Part shown: piece after piece, positions 30,966-41,000 of the stretch
Numbering within the stretch: the first letter of the stretch is position 1
Layout: each line of letters opens with the position of its first letter
DNA from: a virus
Length of the DNA stretch: 64,000 nucleotides
IMG/VR virus record: IMGVR_UViG_3300036715_003254
Coordinates: 32,001-96,000 of that record
Reading direction: 5' to 3' (one strand)
The notes under the pieces: model-generated
Told to the model about the DNA's origin: nothing
Seen by the model: the letters and a program-made list of their open reading frames with translations, nothing else
Databases searched by the model: none
Program-made: the position numbers and the translations under genes

Positions 30966-31151
30966 TTACAATGATTCATCAAAAATCATTGATTCTCTTA
31001 ATTTTTTTATTTCCTCGGAAACTAAATTTCCATAGACCTCTCTCTCAAAAGGATACATATTGTCAATTTCTTCCACAGAAAATTTTCCGTGTATTTTCAT
31101 TGAAGTAACAAATTTGTAGTAGTCCTCTAAAGTGAGGTCTATTGCTACCAC
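30966..31151 (-). CDS. Small baseplate-hub/chaperone ORF, probably the -1 frame extension of the upstream gene
   Basis: EEIDNMYPFEREVY motif typical of the small T4-like hub assembly ORF; overlaps the upstream stop in the -1 frame. Confidence 0.7.
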   Translation of the reverse strand: MVAIDLTLEDYYKFVTSMKIHGKFSVEEIDNMYPFEREVYGNLVSEEIKKLRESMIFDESL

Positions 31152-31867
31152 GGCAAAAAATCTGGTGAATCTCCTAGAGAGATTTCAGTCTCTTCTTTAC
31201 AGTATTTACATTTCACTTTAACAGTATTAGTTGTAGTTGAAGCCTTCATTTCTTTATATTGAGAAATGAGATCGTCAAAATCTGAAACAGGAAGACTTTC
31301 AATGAATTCATTTACTTCTTCTATTCCGAATGCTTCGAAAACTTCATCGCCTATTCTTACTTTTTTAATAGCTAGAGCAAATTCTTTAATGACTTTTTCT
31401 ACGATATTTTCTTCTTCTCTTACTATTTTTCTTGCTTCAGGATTATTGTTGTCAAAAAATTCTATTTCAACTTCTTCACCCTCAATAACTTTTTTTATTG
31501 TTCCAAAACTCGAAGGTTTAAATGTTATAACTTTTGAAATTGAAAGTTCTTGGCTATTTCTTTTATTACAATGAGGACAAACATATTTCACATTAAATTT
31601 GTCACCTATTGAAGCTTTTCTTAGTTGTACAAGAATATATTCCTTTTCTGCGTCAGAAAGCTTTTCCACTTCTTCAGGAGTTTCACAGTTAGAATAGATA
31701 AGACTTTCATATAAAGCTTCCATATATTCTGATTCTTTAGCACCTTCTTGTATCTGCATTTTCGCAAGAAGGTAGTTCTTTTCATTTTTAGTTGTCCACC
31801 TTTTAAAGAAGAAAGCTCTATTGCCTATTTCTATCGGGAAAAACGATTCAGAATTTTTTAGTTTCAT
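31145..31867 (-). CDS. gp26: Baseplate hub assembly / tail chaperone (gp26-like)
   Basis: WTTKNEK..L...EYILVQLRKASIGD, two CxxC motifs, upstream of the tape measure gene. Confidence 0.8.
   Translation of the reverse strand: MKLKNSESFFPIEIGNRAFFFKRWTTKNEKNYLLAKMQIQEGAKESEYMEALYESLIYSNCETPEEVEKLSDAEKEYILVQLRKASIGDKFNVKYVCPHCNKRNSQELSISKVITFKPSSFGTIKKVIEGEEVEIEFFDNNNPEARKIVREEENIVEKVIKEFALAIKKVRIGDEVFEAFGIEEVNEFIESLPVSDFDDLISQYKEMKASTTTNTVKVKCKYCKEETEISLGDSPDFLPW
31154..31160 (-). other. Putative -1 ribosomal frameshift site T-TTT-TTG
   Basis: GAT TTT TTG CCG TGG TAG; a -1 shift reads TTT TTT GCC GTG GTA GCA into ORF 30966-31151; AGGAG lies 10 nt upstream. Confidence 0.65.
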
Positions 31868-31894
31868 ATTTGTCCTTTAAGTTAAGTTTCAAGA

Positions 31895-32425
31895 TTATTT
31901 ATTTGTCCTATTGATAGTAATACATTTAGGGTCAGTAACAAACTGTACAGTAACAGTTTGGACATCGTTTGAAGATGCTTCAAAGGTCAAAGTAGAAACA
32001 TTCGTCAACCAACAGTAGCTTAAATCATAAATCACTTCTACATCGTCTCTATCGCCCCAATCGGCATACTTATAAACTTTTATCTGGAAAAAAGAATCGT
32101 CTGGATAAGAGTCATATAAACATTTAAGAATTGAAGCGAACATTGTATGATAGGTATTTCCTTCCATTTCATAAAGTTCGAAAGAAAGCTGTACTTCTTT
32201 TTGGCTAACATAACAAAAGTTAAAAAATCCAGATTGATATTCAGTCGCTAATGATGCAGTTATAGCGTCCAAATTGAAAGTTTTTACGCCTGGTATAGTT
32301 ATTTTACTTCCAGGAGTTAAACCTACAGATTTTAATTTTTTCTCTCTAGGTAGAATTATATCGATCGAAAAATTATTTTTGAAAGAAAATCTATATAAAA
32401 AACTATCGAGTGGATTTTTAGCCAT
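31895..32425 (-). CDS. Tail tube-like protein (gp54/gp19 family)
   Basis: Tube-fold pattern (LSFELYE...YDLSYCWLTNVSTLTFE....VQTVTVQF). Confidence 0.6.
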   Translation of the reverse strand: MAKNPLDSFLYRFSFKNNFSIDIILPREKKLKSVGLTPGSKITIPGVKTFNLDAITASLATEYQSGFFNFCYVSQKEVQLSFELYEMEGNTYHTMFASILKCLYDSYPDDSFFQIKVYKYADWGDRDDVEVIYDLSYCWLTNVSTLTFEASSNDVQTVTVQFVTDPKCITINRTNK

Positions 32426-32477
32426 TTTTACCTCAAATAAATATTGTGAACCGAAATTATTTATTTGGAGATAAAAA

Positions 32478-32984
32478 ATGGCTTATGATATAGAAAATCT
32501 AAAGACCACACTTGGTATAGGTGCAAAGAAGTATAGATTTAAATTAATACTTCCTCTTGAAGGTGCTGACAAAGCAGACTTGCTCGTTAAGACTGCGAAA
32601 CTTCCTAATATAGAAATTGCTGAAACAGAAGTATTTTCAAAAGGAAGAAAACTAAAAATCAGAGGACACAGAAAATTCGATGGCGAATTAACTTGTACAT
32701 TCCTTTCTGATGATGCTCATACATTAAGAAAAGCGTTTGAAACGATTATAGAAAAAACTGACTCATATACCACTAACATAGCCACAAATAGCCACGCAGA
32801 TTATATGATTACAGGTATGACTCTTGTTCAGCTTGCAGGTGATGACACTGAAAAAGCAAAATGGGAATTTAAAAATGTTTGGGTAAAAACTGTTGGTGAA
32901 ATTGAATTCACTTCAGAAGAAGGTGAAGAAATTATTGAGCTTCAGGTAACTTTCTGCTACTCAGACTACGTAAGAACGCTTTAA
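32478..32984 (+). CDS. gp19: Tail tube protein gp19
   Basis: LVKTAKLP...KGRKLKIRGHRKF...LRKAFE...VQL...FKNVW...GEIEF...VTFCYSDY. Confidence 0.88.
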   Translation: MAYDIENLKTTLGIGAKKYRFKLILPLEGADKADLLVKTAKLPNIEIAETEVFSKGRKLKIRGHRKFDGELTCTFLSDDAHTLRKAFETIIEKTDSYTTNIATNSHADYMITGMTLVQLAGDDTEKAKWEFKNVWVKTVGEIEFTSEEGEEIIELQVTFCYSDYVRTL

Positions 32985-32987
32985 TAA

Positions 32988-33022
32988 AAATGAGGAGAAT
33001 TATCTCTCCTCATTTCTTTTTT
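32988..33022 (+). terminator. Intrinsic terminator after gp19
   Basis: AAATGAGGAGA/TCTCCTCATTT stem followed by CTTTTTT. Confidence 0.75.
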
Positions 33023-33048
33023 AGAAAATCTCTTATAAAGGAGTTTAT

Positions 33049-33246
33049 ACGAACAAATTTTTTAAAAAAATCAAATCTCAGAAAGGAATTAGTGATGTTG
33101 TAGTAGCACTTCTACTTGTATTAGTAGGTGTTGTTGCTGTAGCAGGTATTCAAGTATTCTTAAAAACACAATCTGCTACTGTTCAAACAGAAACAGCTTC
33201 TCATCTAAATAAAGTAGTATCAGAAAGCAACTCGACACAACAATAA
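33049..33246 (+). CDS. Pilin-like 65-aa protein with class III signal peptide; ACG start (or start-mutated pseudogene)
   Basis: RBS AAGGAG (33038-33043), 5-nt spacer, then ACG. Translation: (M)NKFFKKIKSQKG|ISDVVVALLLVLVGVVAVAGIQVFLKTQSATVQTETASHLNKVVSESNSTQQ*. Confidence 0.7.
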   Translation, partial: TNKFFKKIKSQKGISDVVVALLLVLVGVVAVAGIQVFLKTQSATVQTETASHLNKVVSESNSTQQ

Positions 33247-33264
33247 AGGGAATATTTCTTCCTT

Positions 33265-33432
33265 TTATTTTTCTTTTGTTATTTCTTCAGTTTCTTCTTC
33301 AATTTCTTTGTCTTTGTTTCTTTTAAACAATTTTGGTTTTTTCTTTTGGTCTTTCTTAGATGGATCTCCTGGATTAACTACATCACCAGAAACAGTTTCT
33401 TCTTGAAGTAATAAAAATTCAGACACTTTCAT
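33265..33432 (-). CDS. Small charged protein (55 aa), possible internal head protein
   Basis: MKVSEFLLLQEETVSGDVVNPGDPSKKDQKKKPKLF...; the ATG abuts the gp13 stop codon. Confidence 0.55.
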   Translation of the reverse strand: MKVSEFLLLQEETVSGDVVNPGDPSKKDQKKKPKLFKRNKDKEIEEETEEITKEK

Positions 33433-34182
33433 TTATACCACCGTTATACCTGTTGGACAGCCGTAAAGTTTAGTTAGATCTTCATCAAGCTTACTTAGCG
33501 CTTCTTTAGCATCAGATATCATTCTATTGTATTCTATTTTAGAGCCGGAAACCAAACTTGCATCGTATTTACCTAGATTTGTTCCTTGTTGTAATAGAGC
33601 AAGATTATGTGCATAATTTTTTACCCAAGTATGATTATAAATGTCGTCTATATCTCCAGGAGTATACTGTAAAGCTAGATGTAAAAGTATATTTGGATAA
33701 CCTTGACTATAAACATCTTCTAGGAAATTTATTTCTTTATTAAAGGAATTCCAAGAATAGTTTGGACATCTTCTGAAAAATCTCATAATATGTTCATATT
33801 GAGCCATCATAGAGTAGACTTGAGTAATATCTATTTGGTACGATTGTCCCTGAGGATTGAAACCGAACATTTGAAACACAAAATCTGATTGAATAACAGT
33901 TCTATCTGGCATAGTGAACATAGAAGCGTTACCGACATAGATATTAAGCAAGGCTAGTGTTTTGTCAGGAAGTTTATACTTTCTAACTCCTTGTTGAACA
34001 GGAAGGAGATACACATCTTCTGTGTATCCCTCATAAGCAAAAGTGGTGAATTTGTTTATAGCTTCATTAATACAATCGGAAAGTTGAGATTCAGTTAACT
34101 CAACAGATATTATACCATCACCAAGTTTTCTTTTGATATATTTTTTAAGATCTACTTCCGATTGTATTTTTGAAAATGCCAT
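33433..34182 (-). CDS. gp13: Neck protein gp13-like
   Basis: LKKYIKRKLG..IISVELTESQL.DCI.EA; YNHTWVKNYA.......G.NLGKY...L..G. Confidence 0.9.
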   Translation of the reverse strand: MAFSKIQSEVDLKKYIKRKLGDGIISVELTESQLSDCINEAINKFTTFAYEGYTEDVYLLPVQQGVRKYKLPDKTLALLNIYVGNASMFTMPDRTVIQSDFVFQMFGFNPQGQSYQIDITQVYSMMAQYEHIMRFFRRCPNYSWNSFNKEINFLEDVYSQGYPNILLHLALQYTPGDIDDIYNHTWVKNYAHNLALLQQGTNLGKYDASLVSGSKIEYNRMISDAKEALSKLDEDLTKLYGCPTGITVV

Positions 34183-34481
34183 TATTTTCTACCTTTTCTA
34201 CCTTTTGTTTCTTCGACAGCTTCTTCAGTAACAGTAATATCAGAAGATTCGTCTTTAAGAATTTCTTCGTCATTTTCTACAAATTTTTCAGTAACGGTTT
34301 CTTTTATTTCTTTAACAGCTTCTTCTACTTTTGTTTCAGCCGTTTCAACAAAACCTTCTACTTTCTCGAAAAAACTTGAAAAAACCTCTGTAAATGGAGA
34401 CTTAACATAAAGTTCTCCAGCTTTTATTTCTTGTGAAATGTGACCAATCGAAATGACTCTATCTACTAGCGCCTTATACAT
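34182..34481 (-). CDS. Hypothetical acidic protein
   Basis: 99-aa ORF with RBS GAGGAG. Confidence 0.6.
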   Translation of the reverse strand: MYKALVDRVISIGHISQEIKAGELYVKSPFTEVFSSFFEKVEGFVETAETKVEEAVKEIKETVTEKFVENDEEILKDESSDITVTEEAVEETKGRKGRK

Positions 34482-34591
34482 TTTTCTCCTCTTTAAACCC
34501 CTCTAAACATAGAGGACATTTTGTATTAATTTCGTTGTTAGTTGGTTTTCCGAAAGCTTCCTCAATAGTAACACTTTCGCTCATATCGTAC

Positions 34592-34996
34592 TCAATTACC
34601 TTTTTTGATTTTTGAGTTTCCTGATTGTTTTTGTTCTCCAATTTCACTCCTTTCGTCGTTATTATTTATTTCATTAATTACGACTTCTGGTTCTGAAATT
34701 ATAGTTTCTGGTTTAGAAACAACTTCTTGTTCAGAAGTAGCAGTTTCTGGTTCTGAAATTATAGTTTCTGGTTTAGAAACAACTTCTTGTTCAGAAGTAG
34801 CAACTTCTGTTTCAGAAATTATAACCTTTGGTTCAGAAAAAGGAGCTTGAATATAAATTTTCTCGCCAACACAAAAGAAATTGTCTTTATAGATTCTAGT
34901 AATAACAGATTCTTCGACTAGAGAATCTTTTTTAAAGTCATATCTTCTTCCTTCGTGAACGATTATTTTGTTTTTCAATACTTTGAAAAGTTTCAT
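34592..34996 (-). CDS. Hypothetical protein with a 60-bp tandem repeat
   Basis: ATSEQEVVSKPETIISEPE occurs twice (~34685-34802). Confidence 0.6.
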   Translation of the reverse strand: MKLFKVLKNKIIVHEGRRYDFKKDSLVEESVITRIYKDNFFCVGEKIYIQAPFSEPKVIISETEVATSEQEVVSKPETIISEPETATSEQEVVSKPETIISEPEVVINEINNNDERSEIGEQKQSGNSKIKKGN

Positions 34997-35011
34997 TAAA
35001 AATCCTTTAAT

Positions 35012-35039
35012 AAAGGAGAGGGCTTAAGCCCTCTCTTTT
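35012..35039 (-). terminator. Hairpin terminator after the giant NHL gene
   Basis: GAGAGGGC-ttaa-GCCCTCTC stem with flanking A/T runs. Confidence 0.75.
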
Positions 35040-38000
35040 TTAGTAATCACCACCGAATACTGTAACAGCTATCGGAGAATTTGGACCATATGATGTAGCA
35101 GTACCAAGAGTAGCATAAACTCTCATACCACTATCAAGAGAAAGATTTGGATAATAGAAGAACTCACTTTGAGCGCCTGTCTCTGTAGTTGATATAGAAG
35201 GAACAGAGATTTCCGCTATCATTGAGTTGTTTTCTTTTATCTTGACATCTCCACCATTATTCAAGAAGAACCTTACTACTGTTGAACCTGTAGTAGATGT
35301 AGGTCTGACTTTGAATGTATCTAGTCTAGAACCATAAGGACCAGCAGCATAAACAAGTTTCATAGTATCATCAGAGTAACCTGCTATACCGAAATTGCTA
35401 CCAGCTAGAGTAGAAACTTTTCCTGTTGTCAAATCGATTTTTCTTACTTTATGATATTGTGAATCAAGAATAAAGAGTGCGTTTCTTGAAGCGCTATATT
35501 TAATATCAGCAATAGAACCGAATAGAGCAGCAGAAAGACCACCACTACCATCAACAAAACCAGATTGACCAAAAGGATTTCCTGCAAAGTAAGCAGATAT
35601 TCCTGTAGCATCATCGACAGTTTTAATTTTTGTTACATCTGAGACATACCAAGTTGAACCGACTTTTGTCATACCTATTGGTGTAGACTGATAAGTCGCT
35701 TTTTTACCCATACAATTTCCAGGATAAGAACCGACACCAAGTTCCATTGTGAGAGTTTTACTAGAAATATCTACTTTTGAAACATAAGCTGAGTTTCCTA
35801 TTAGGAATTGAGTTGGACTAATCCAAGTAATTTGACTATGAATTGTCAAATTCAATGGAACTTGAGCAATATTACCTATACCGTAACTGTTTGACTTACC
35901 ACTAGTATTTACTAGTGTAGAAACAAGACCGCTTTGAATATCCATAACTCTTATTTTTGAATATCCAACATCAACTATATAAAGGTTTTCTTTAGACGCA
36001 TCAAGAGAAAGTTTAGCTGGATTATAGAAACTTGCTGAAGTTCCATTTCCATCTAAGAACCCTTGTCCGCTACCTGCTATAGTTGTAGTATAACCATTAT
36101 ATGGATTTACTTTTCTTATTCTGTAACCTGAATAATCAGCTACATACAAGAAGTTACCATCGAAAGCTATACCTGCAGGATAGTTGAATTTCGATTTTGG
36201 ACCATCAGAAGCAATACCCCAACCAGTACCATCACTAGAAGATCCAGATGTATCACCAGCAATAGTAGTTAAGAAACCTGTTGAAAGTTTCATTTTTCTA
36301 ATAACATTGTTACCGCTATCAGCTATAAACATATTTCCGTTGCCATCAAGAACAAATTGTCTTGGATTATTCATTCTTGCTATAAGGTTTACACCATCAG
36401 CATAACCAGAGTTACCTGTACCTGCCCAAGTTTGAACCATAACATTAAGTTGAGGATATACTCTTCTTATTTTATAGTTAGATTGGTCAGCAACATATAG
36501 ACTAGTTCCGTCAGCAGTACAAACAATACCTCTCGGATAGTTGAATTTAGTTGAAGTATTATAACCGTCAACGTTACCTGGATATGTTGTATCAGAAGTT
36601 GAGTTATTAGGTGGAGTACCAGCAATAAGAAGTACTGTACAAGTATCTATGTCAATTCTTCTAATAACGTGGTTACTGTATTCTGCAACATAAAGCTCTC
36701 TGTTATTTGATACACAAATGCCCCAAGGATTGTTAAATCTAGTATTGGCTTGACCAGTACCATCTATATAACCTTTTGTACCGTCACCAGCAAATACAGA
36801 AACTCTCTTATCAGACAAGCCGTATTTTCTAATTCTATGACCGCTGTATTCTGTAACATAAAGGTTACCTTCAAATTCTACCATATGCATTGGACCATTA
36901 ATAGCTGCAGAGTCACCGATACCGTCAACAGTAGAAGCTGAACCGTTTCCGAAAAGTGTACCGACTTTACCAGTGGCTTTGTCGATATATCTTACCCTAT
37001 TGTTATTAGTATCAGCTACATAAATTGTAGATTTATCGCTTGACCAAGCTAGACCATTAGGATTGTTAAACATAGCTTCACTAGGTTTACCATCAGCAAA
37101 ACCAGCAACACCTTTACCAGCAAATGTTGTTATTTGTCCGTTAGATATTTTTCTAATTCTGTTATTTGAACTATCAGCAACATAAATATCGCCATTTGTG
37201 TCGACTACTATACCCATTGGATAGTTAAACATACCGACTGCGGCCTTTCCTTCAGTATAACCAGAATAACCTGAACCTGCAACAACAGAAGTCAGTTTTG
37301 TGGTTTCGTCATATACTCTTACTTTATAGTTTGCATAATCAGCAAAATAAACTTTTCCAGATTTATAGAAAGGAGTTAGAACGCCGTTTCCTACTCTTGT
37401 AAAGTTTCCGTAAGTGTCATTTGAACCAGAAGTACCATCACCCAGAACAGTATCAACTAGATTAGTTGAAATGTCGAGTCTTCTCATTCTAGCGTCGCCT
37501 GAGTTCCAGTTACCTATATAAAGTTTTGAACCATCTTCGCTTAGAGATAGGTATGAAGGATATGTAATCAATGGTCTTAGTCTTACGCCGTCGTTAGATG
37601 CTCCAGAACCAGAGTATTTTGTACCACCAGCATAAGTCTCAACATAATAAGAGTTAACATCAAAAGATCTAACAGTTGTAACTGCTGTAGAGATGTTTGA
37701 GTTTGTAAAGTAAATCAACTTATCATTTGAGTCATAAATTGCTCCAGGAATATGTGCGATTGTAAACGATCCGTATTGTCCGTCAGTTGAACCATAAGAG
37801 TTAGAAGAGTTAATTGTTTGACAATCGTCAGTAGCGAAGCTTATTCTTCTAACATAAGGTTGTCCGAAGAACCACACTGTGTTCGCATCTTCCCATACAA
37901 TATTAGAAATACTATCATTGTATGTACCTGTTTCAGAGAATGTAGTTTTATAAGCTGGACAGTTAGAAGCTGAACCAGAAGCTCCGTGTGTTCCAAGGAA

Positions 38001-41000
38001 TTGACTAAATTCACCTGTTGTAGTATCGTATTTTGTGATAGTATAATTTGCTCTATTATAAGCGTAGATATTGCCATCAAGACCAACAGAGAAATAACCA
38101 GAAGAAAGACCGAATGAACCTAAAGCTGTTTTAGAGCTTGTCATTTTTGCTGGTGATGTAGAATACGAATCAGCAAATGATGAGATAATTGTTGAAACAA
38201 AGTTTTTACTAATATCGTATTTCACAAGTCCAAGGCTTGAAGCAGTAATAGCTAGGAATTTATCTTTGTCAATACTGCAAAGTTTACCTATACCTGTAGC
38301 AGTAACATAATCTACGTGACCTGTTTGAGAAGAAACTCCTGAACCTGTATAAGAGAATACTTGTGGATATGGAAGGAAGCCAAGATCAATTACTCTTACT
38401 ACATTGTTTCCTGTATCAGAAACATAAACTTTTTTGTTTTTAGAGTCAACAATGATACCGTTCATAGTTGATGAGAATCTAGAAGAAAGTAGATTTCCAT
38501 TTATTACAGAACCGTTACCACTACCAGCAATTGTAATTACTTGTTGAGTAGCTTCATTGTATTTTCTAACAGCAGCATTACTATCGCCTGAAGAATAAGC
38601 TGTAAACCAAAGATCTTGATTTGTAGCATCATAAGCCATAGCCATAACAGTACCAACAGAAGCGTTTATACCTTCACCTGTACCCATTGAAGTTTGACCA
38701 TTACCACAAGCTATTGAAACAATTCCTGTAGCTAGATCTATTCTTCTGATTACATTGTTTCCAGCATCAGCAACATATAGACAGTTAGCTCCGGAAGAGT
38801 AAACTATGTCATTAAGTGTAGTACTGAATGTAGCATTTGCTCCAGTGCCGTTTTCAAAACCAGTCATTACTGAACCGGCTATTGTGGTAACAATACCGTT
38901 TTGAGTGATTTTTCTTACAGTAGAAGAGTCACAAACATAGAAATTTGTGCCATCAGTTGTAATTCCAGTAATAGATGTGAATGTAGGCGGAATAGACAAA
39001 TAACCAACTTCAGATGTTGCTGTATATGATGATGTAGATGAACCCATTCCTAGTAGAATAACTCTATTATCTGAAGAAGAAAGAAGTATTAAGCTATCTA
39101 CTATACCTGCTGTATCAAGATTATTTCCTTGAATATAACTTACAGTATTGTTAGAAATAATAGCAAAGAAAACTAAAGCCGATGCTTTACCATTTCCTGT
39201 TTGTCCACCAACAAGAACTACATAACCGTTAGAAAGAACTAAAGATTTATGATAAGCCATAGTGTACGGAAGGTTTGTTACTGATGTCCAGTTAATAGTA
39301 TCACTTCCTAAAACACCTATATAAGCTTCACTTTGGCAGTTACCAGAGTACATACCGCCTGTAACAAAAATTCTACCGTCAGGAAGAGTAATAGCAGATT
39401 TACCTGTGACGCCTCCGCCAGAGTTAGGAAGAGCGCTAAACAATGATCCCCAAGAAACATCACTACCAGTATATTTACCTATAACAGAGCTTTTGCTTGA
39501 CAAGTAAACAACATTTGAACCTGATACAACAAGAAGACCGTCAGCTGTACCATTAGGACAAGCTGAAATAGATGTCCAAGTAATTTTATTATCGCTAGAA
39601 ACAGTACCTATATAAGAACCGCAAGCAGTTTTATTACTTGAATCAGTATAACCGCCTAGTACTATAATTTTTCCATCAGGAAGAGTAGCTACACTGTGTT
39701 CAATTACACCAGCTTCAGGGAAGTCAGTTGAAGCAACCCAAGTAGTACTATTACCAGAAACAGTTCCTATTTTAACAGTTTTTATACCGTTAGTACCGTC
39801 AGTTGAACCGCCTATTGAAACAATTCTGCCATCAGGAAGTTTAGTTGTTTTCGCTGGATAATTTGAGAATGTGTCATAATTATCAGTAGGAGTTACTAGA
39901 TTGATTTGAGCACCATCTTGTAGACCGCTTAGAGCACTACCAGCAAGAATACTAATATCACCTGTTGCTTGATTCCAAAGTTTTACAGATCTAACATCAG
40001 CTATAGCAGTCACATTTTTAGAAATGAAAGATAATCCTCTTAAAGCTGATTGGAAAGTAGGAATACTTGCTGTAGGACTATAGTATCCGTAGCAGTCATT
40101 TTGTGTATTATTGTATGATAGTTGAACAGCTGAACCAGTAGAAGTATCAACAACTCTGAATGTATCGTGAGTTTGTACATATATCTTACCGGCTGAATAA
40201 ACCATTGAGTTCTTAGTACCAGCAGTGTAGTAATTATTTGAACTTGCTGTTGAGCTACAAGTATTTGTAGTTTGTGTACTAGTATTATAAGAACCAGAAA
40301 GTGTAGATTCTGTTGTCCAACCTGTACCAGAGTATTTCAAAATACAGTTAGCAGAAAGAGTGAAAACATTTGTTCCGTCTGTACAAACTGAGAACATAGG
40401 TTTTGTAGAAATAGTTGATACAGTACCATCAGAAGCTATTCTTCTTAGACCGTTTTTATTATCAGCTACAAATACATCTCCGCCTATTTTACAAATATTG
40501 TTACCGTTTAGAGGAAGTTGTCCTGTAGCATTATAACTACTGAATACTGCTTGTTGACCATACTTACCATCTAGACTTCCAGGTTGAGCAAAAATACTAC
40601 CTGTTACGTGTGATACAAAGCCTGTAGAAGGATTTATTTTTCTAACTCTGTGGTTATAAGCATCACCAACATAAACTGTACCATCAGAAGCACAAGCAAC
40701 ACCTATAGGACTGTTAAACGCTGCAAGTTTTCTTATACCATCAGCAGAACCATAAGTACCATTTATACCTGCGTATGTTTCGACGTCGCCAGAAGTCAAA
40801 TCCATTCTTCTAATTACGTGGTTTGTAGTATCAGCCATAAACAAGTATTGACCTGTAGAATCAACAAATAGAGAATAAACTGAACCTATAAGAGCGTTAT
40901 AAGAACCACCTCCTGGACCTTGACCATCTTGGTTACCAGCAGAAGATTGTGAGCTAGTATTACCAGCTATTGTCACAACATTTCCAGCATTTCCGGAAGC

